Virus record (IMG/VR): IMGVR_UViG_3300030104_006170
Length of the DNA stretch: 64,000 nucleotides
From: a virus
Lineage: Duplodnaviria > Caudoviricetes
Direction: 5' to 3' (one strand)
Numbering within the stretch: the first letter of the stretch is position 1; each line of letters begins with the position of its first letter. The position numbers and the translations under genes were made by a program. Below the pieces are notes generated by a model. It was not told where the DNA came from. It did not search any database and saw nothing but the letters and a program-made list of their open reading frames with translations. This document shows, one piece after another, positions 62,570-64,000 of the stretch.

Positions 62570-64000
62570 TTAATTTATTACTTGTCCGCTTGTAACTTTA
62601 AAGAATAGAGCTTTACCCCCACTTGTTTGCCACGGATTTGAACTGTTATGCCCTCTAGGGTCTTCTGAGTACGAACTTCTGTCTGCACCCGCTTCACCAT
62701 AAAAACGGAATGTTGCGTTATCGTACATTCTATAATAATTTTGTGATGAAACATTTTTGTAAGCAAAAGATGGTGATAGTGCTGCTTTATTAAATTTAAA
62801 CCTAACAGTTAATTTACATGGTACTACACCATTTTGTTCAGAAGATTGTACTTCCCAACTTACTGGTACTGAAATATTATATGAAGTTAATCCACTACCA
62901 CTTAACCCAGCTATATAACCACCACTATAAGTATCAGTTTTCCAATAACTATTATTCTGTCTAGCAATAGTAGTAAATATATTATCCGCCATTTTTGCTT
63001 GTCTAGTAAATAATGTGTAATATGGGTCTGTTTCCGCAACAACGTTACCAGCTACTATACTTAATCCATTATCTTTAGATGGGTATAATGAGAAGTCTGC
63101 CCCACCACTTTTAAGTCCTTGTTCGTTATTATTCCAATTAGCAGTATATTCCATACTACCCATTAATAACCCAAACGTATCTGATGGGTGTGTAGTATAG
63201 GTTATACGAATACCTTTATTATTATCTTTATTAATATCTACATATTCACCTTGATTTTGTGTTAATCTTTTTAGTTTTATTGGGTAGTAAGTTGGTGAAT
63301 AATTAGAATTCGTTACGTTAATCACTAACCTTGTAGTTGGTATGGTTATGTTTATATTTTTATAAGCTGGACTGCTAAACCCACTTTCAGTTATACTTAC
63401 TTCTCTTTCCATATCTATAGTACTTACAAATCCTATTAATGGTTCTACTTCATTTGCTAAATCACTTACCCAACCGTTTTGTGTTGAATTCATATTAAAT
63501 GTTGGGTAAGATTGTCCGTTTTGGTTCCATGTTGACATTCCTCCACAATTTAAATACCCAACATCAAATGCTGCGAATCCAATTCCATATCTCCCCGCAC
63601 CCCTTAAATATCTTGTACCATTTTCGTCTAATCCAGGAGAAAATACTAAAGAGAATGGTGATGGTAGTTGTAAACCTTTTAAGTTTGTACCTGTAAAATC
63701 AATACCAGTATGTTGTCCTCTATTCATAAATGCACCCCCAGCCATTGCAAGTGCATTATAATAACTACTATCCTTTAATGGTACTAATTTTATACCACTT
63801 GTTGTAAAATTAGTTCCGTCATATATTTTAACTGAATCTACATAGTCAATATATTGACCTACACCATGTTGTGATAACTCATTTAAGAAATTAGTATAAT
63901 CACTATTGTTACGAATATTTAATGTATTTTCAAAATAATTAGTTGTAGCTGTTGAAACTGTTGTTGCTGCAGAAGATAGGATGTCTTTGTGGTCGTCTAT
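62570..64000 (-). CDS. Probable virion structural protein, 5'-truncated by the window edge
   Basis: The frame stays open for 85 codons upstream of the tracked ATG 63745 to position 64000 (IDDHKDILSSAATT...YNALAMAGG). Confidence 0.75.
   Translation of the reverse strand: MDDHKDILSSAATTVSTATTNYFENTLNIRNNSDYTNFLNELSQHGVGQYIDYVDSVKIYDGTNFTTSGIKLVPLKDSSYYNALAMAGGAFMNRGQHTGIDFTGTNLKGLQLPSPFSLVFSPGLDENGTRYLRGAGRYGIGFAAFDVGYLNCGGMSTWNQNGQSYPTFNMNSTQNGWVSDLANEVEPLIGFVSTIDMEREVSITESGFSSPAYKNINITIPTTRLVINVTNSNYSPTYYPIKLKRLTQNQGEYVDINKDNNKGIRITYTTHPSDTFGLLMGSMEYTANWNNNEQGLKSGGADFSLYPSKDNGLSIVAGNVVAETDPYYTLFTRQAKMADNIFTTIARQNNSYWKTDTYSGGYIAGLSGSGLTSYNISVPVSWEVQSSEQNGVVPCKLTVRFKFNKAALSPSFAYKNVSSQNYYRMYDNATFRFYGEAGADRSSYSEDPRGHNSSNPWQTSGGKALFFKVTSGQVIN

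Noticed and set aside
48-64000. Many tracked ORFs on the strand opposite recognisable genes (e.g. 48-392, 8782-9051, 10736-11071, 23761-24096, 28764-29393, 44577-44978, 48088-48528, 51394-51918, 59301-59702)
   Set aside because: They are antisense shadows of clear coding genes, with biased F/S/L composition and no motifs.
1-64000. Stop-codon recoding as seen in some large phages
   Set aside because: Conserved genes are full length in the standard code and end in TAA, TAG (e.g. glnII, M23) or TGA (clpP).

Overview
A 64-kb, AT-rich, gene-dense fragment of a large tailed-phage genome, with most genes on the minus strand. The host is very likely a Bacteroidota (Flavobacteriales-like) bacterium. 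Support: repeated TAnnTTTG -7 promoter boxes, no obvious Shine-Dalgarno sequences, signal peptides ending just before Gln, type IX secretion (T9SS) C-terminal domains, and a Bacteroidota-type bS21 and RpoD-like sigma factor. Both ends cut through virion genes: a repeat-built tail fibre at <2-4183 and a baseplate/tail-like gene at 62570->64000, neither fully shown in the ORF track. Between them are replication, recombination and repair genes (primase, RuvC-like, SbcC/SbcD-like, PD-(D/E)XK and PolB-type exonucleases, ATP-dependent ligase, UvsE), proteostasis genes (ClpP, DnaJ, cyclophilin, glutaredoxins, AAA ATPase), metabolic genes (GS II, cysteine synthase, DeoC, DegT aminotransferase, GT2) and four peptidoglycan-related enzymes. 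Most notable: (1) a four-gene operon of apparent T9SS cargo proteins; (2) a Ro60/TROVE-like vWA gene followed by two related structured RNA units and preceded by an aberrant tRNA-Gly-like element; (3) a recurrent N-terminal [IL]-x-E leader plus a TATTTAT promoter motif on unrelated enzymes, suggesting they are packaged in the virion; (4) a promoter-bearing ~100-nt RNA with mutually exclusive folds. All family assignments come from motif recognition by eye; no database search or folding program was run.
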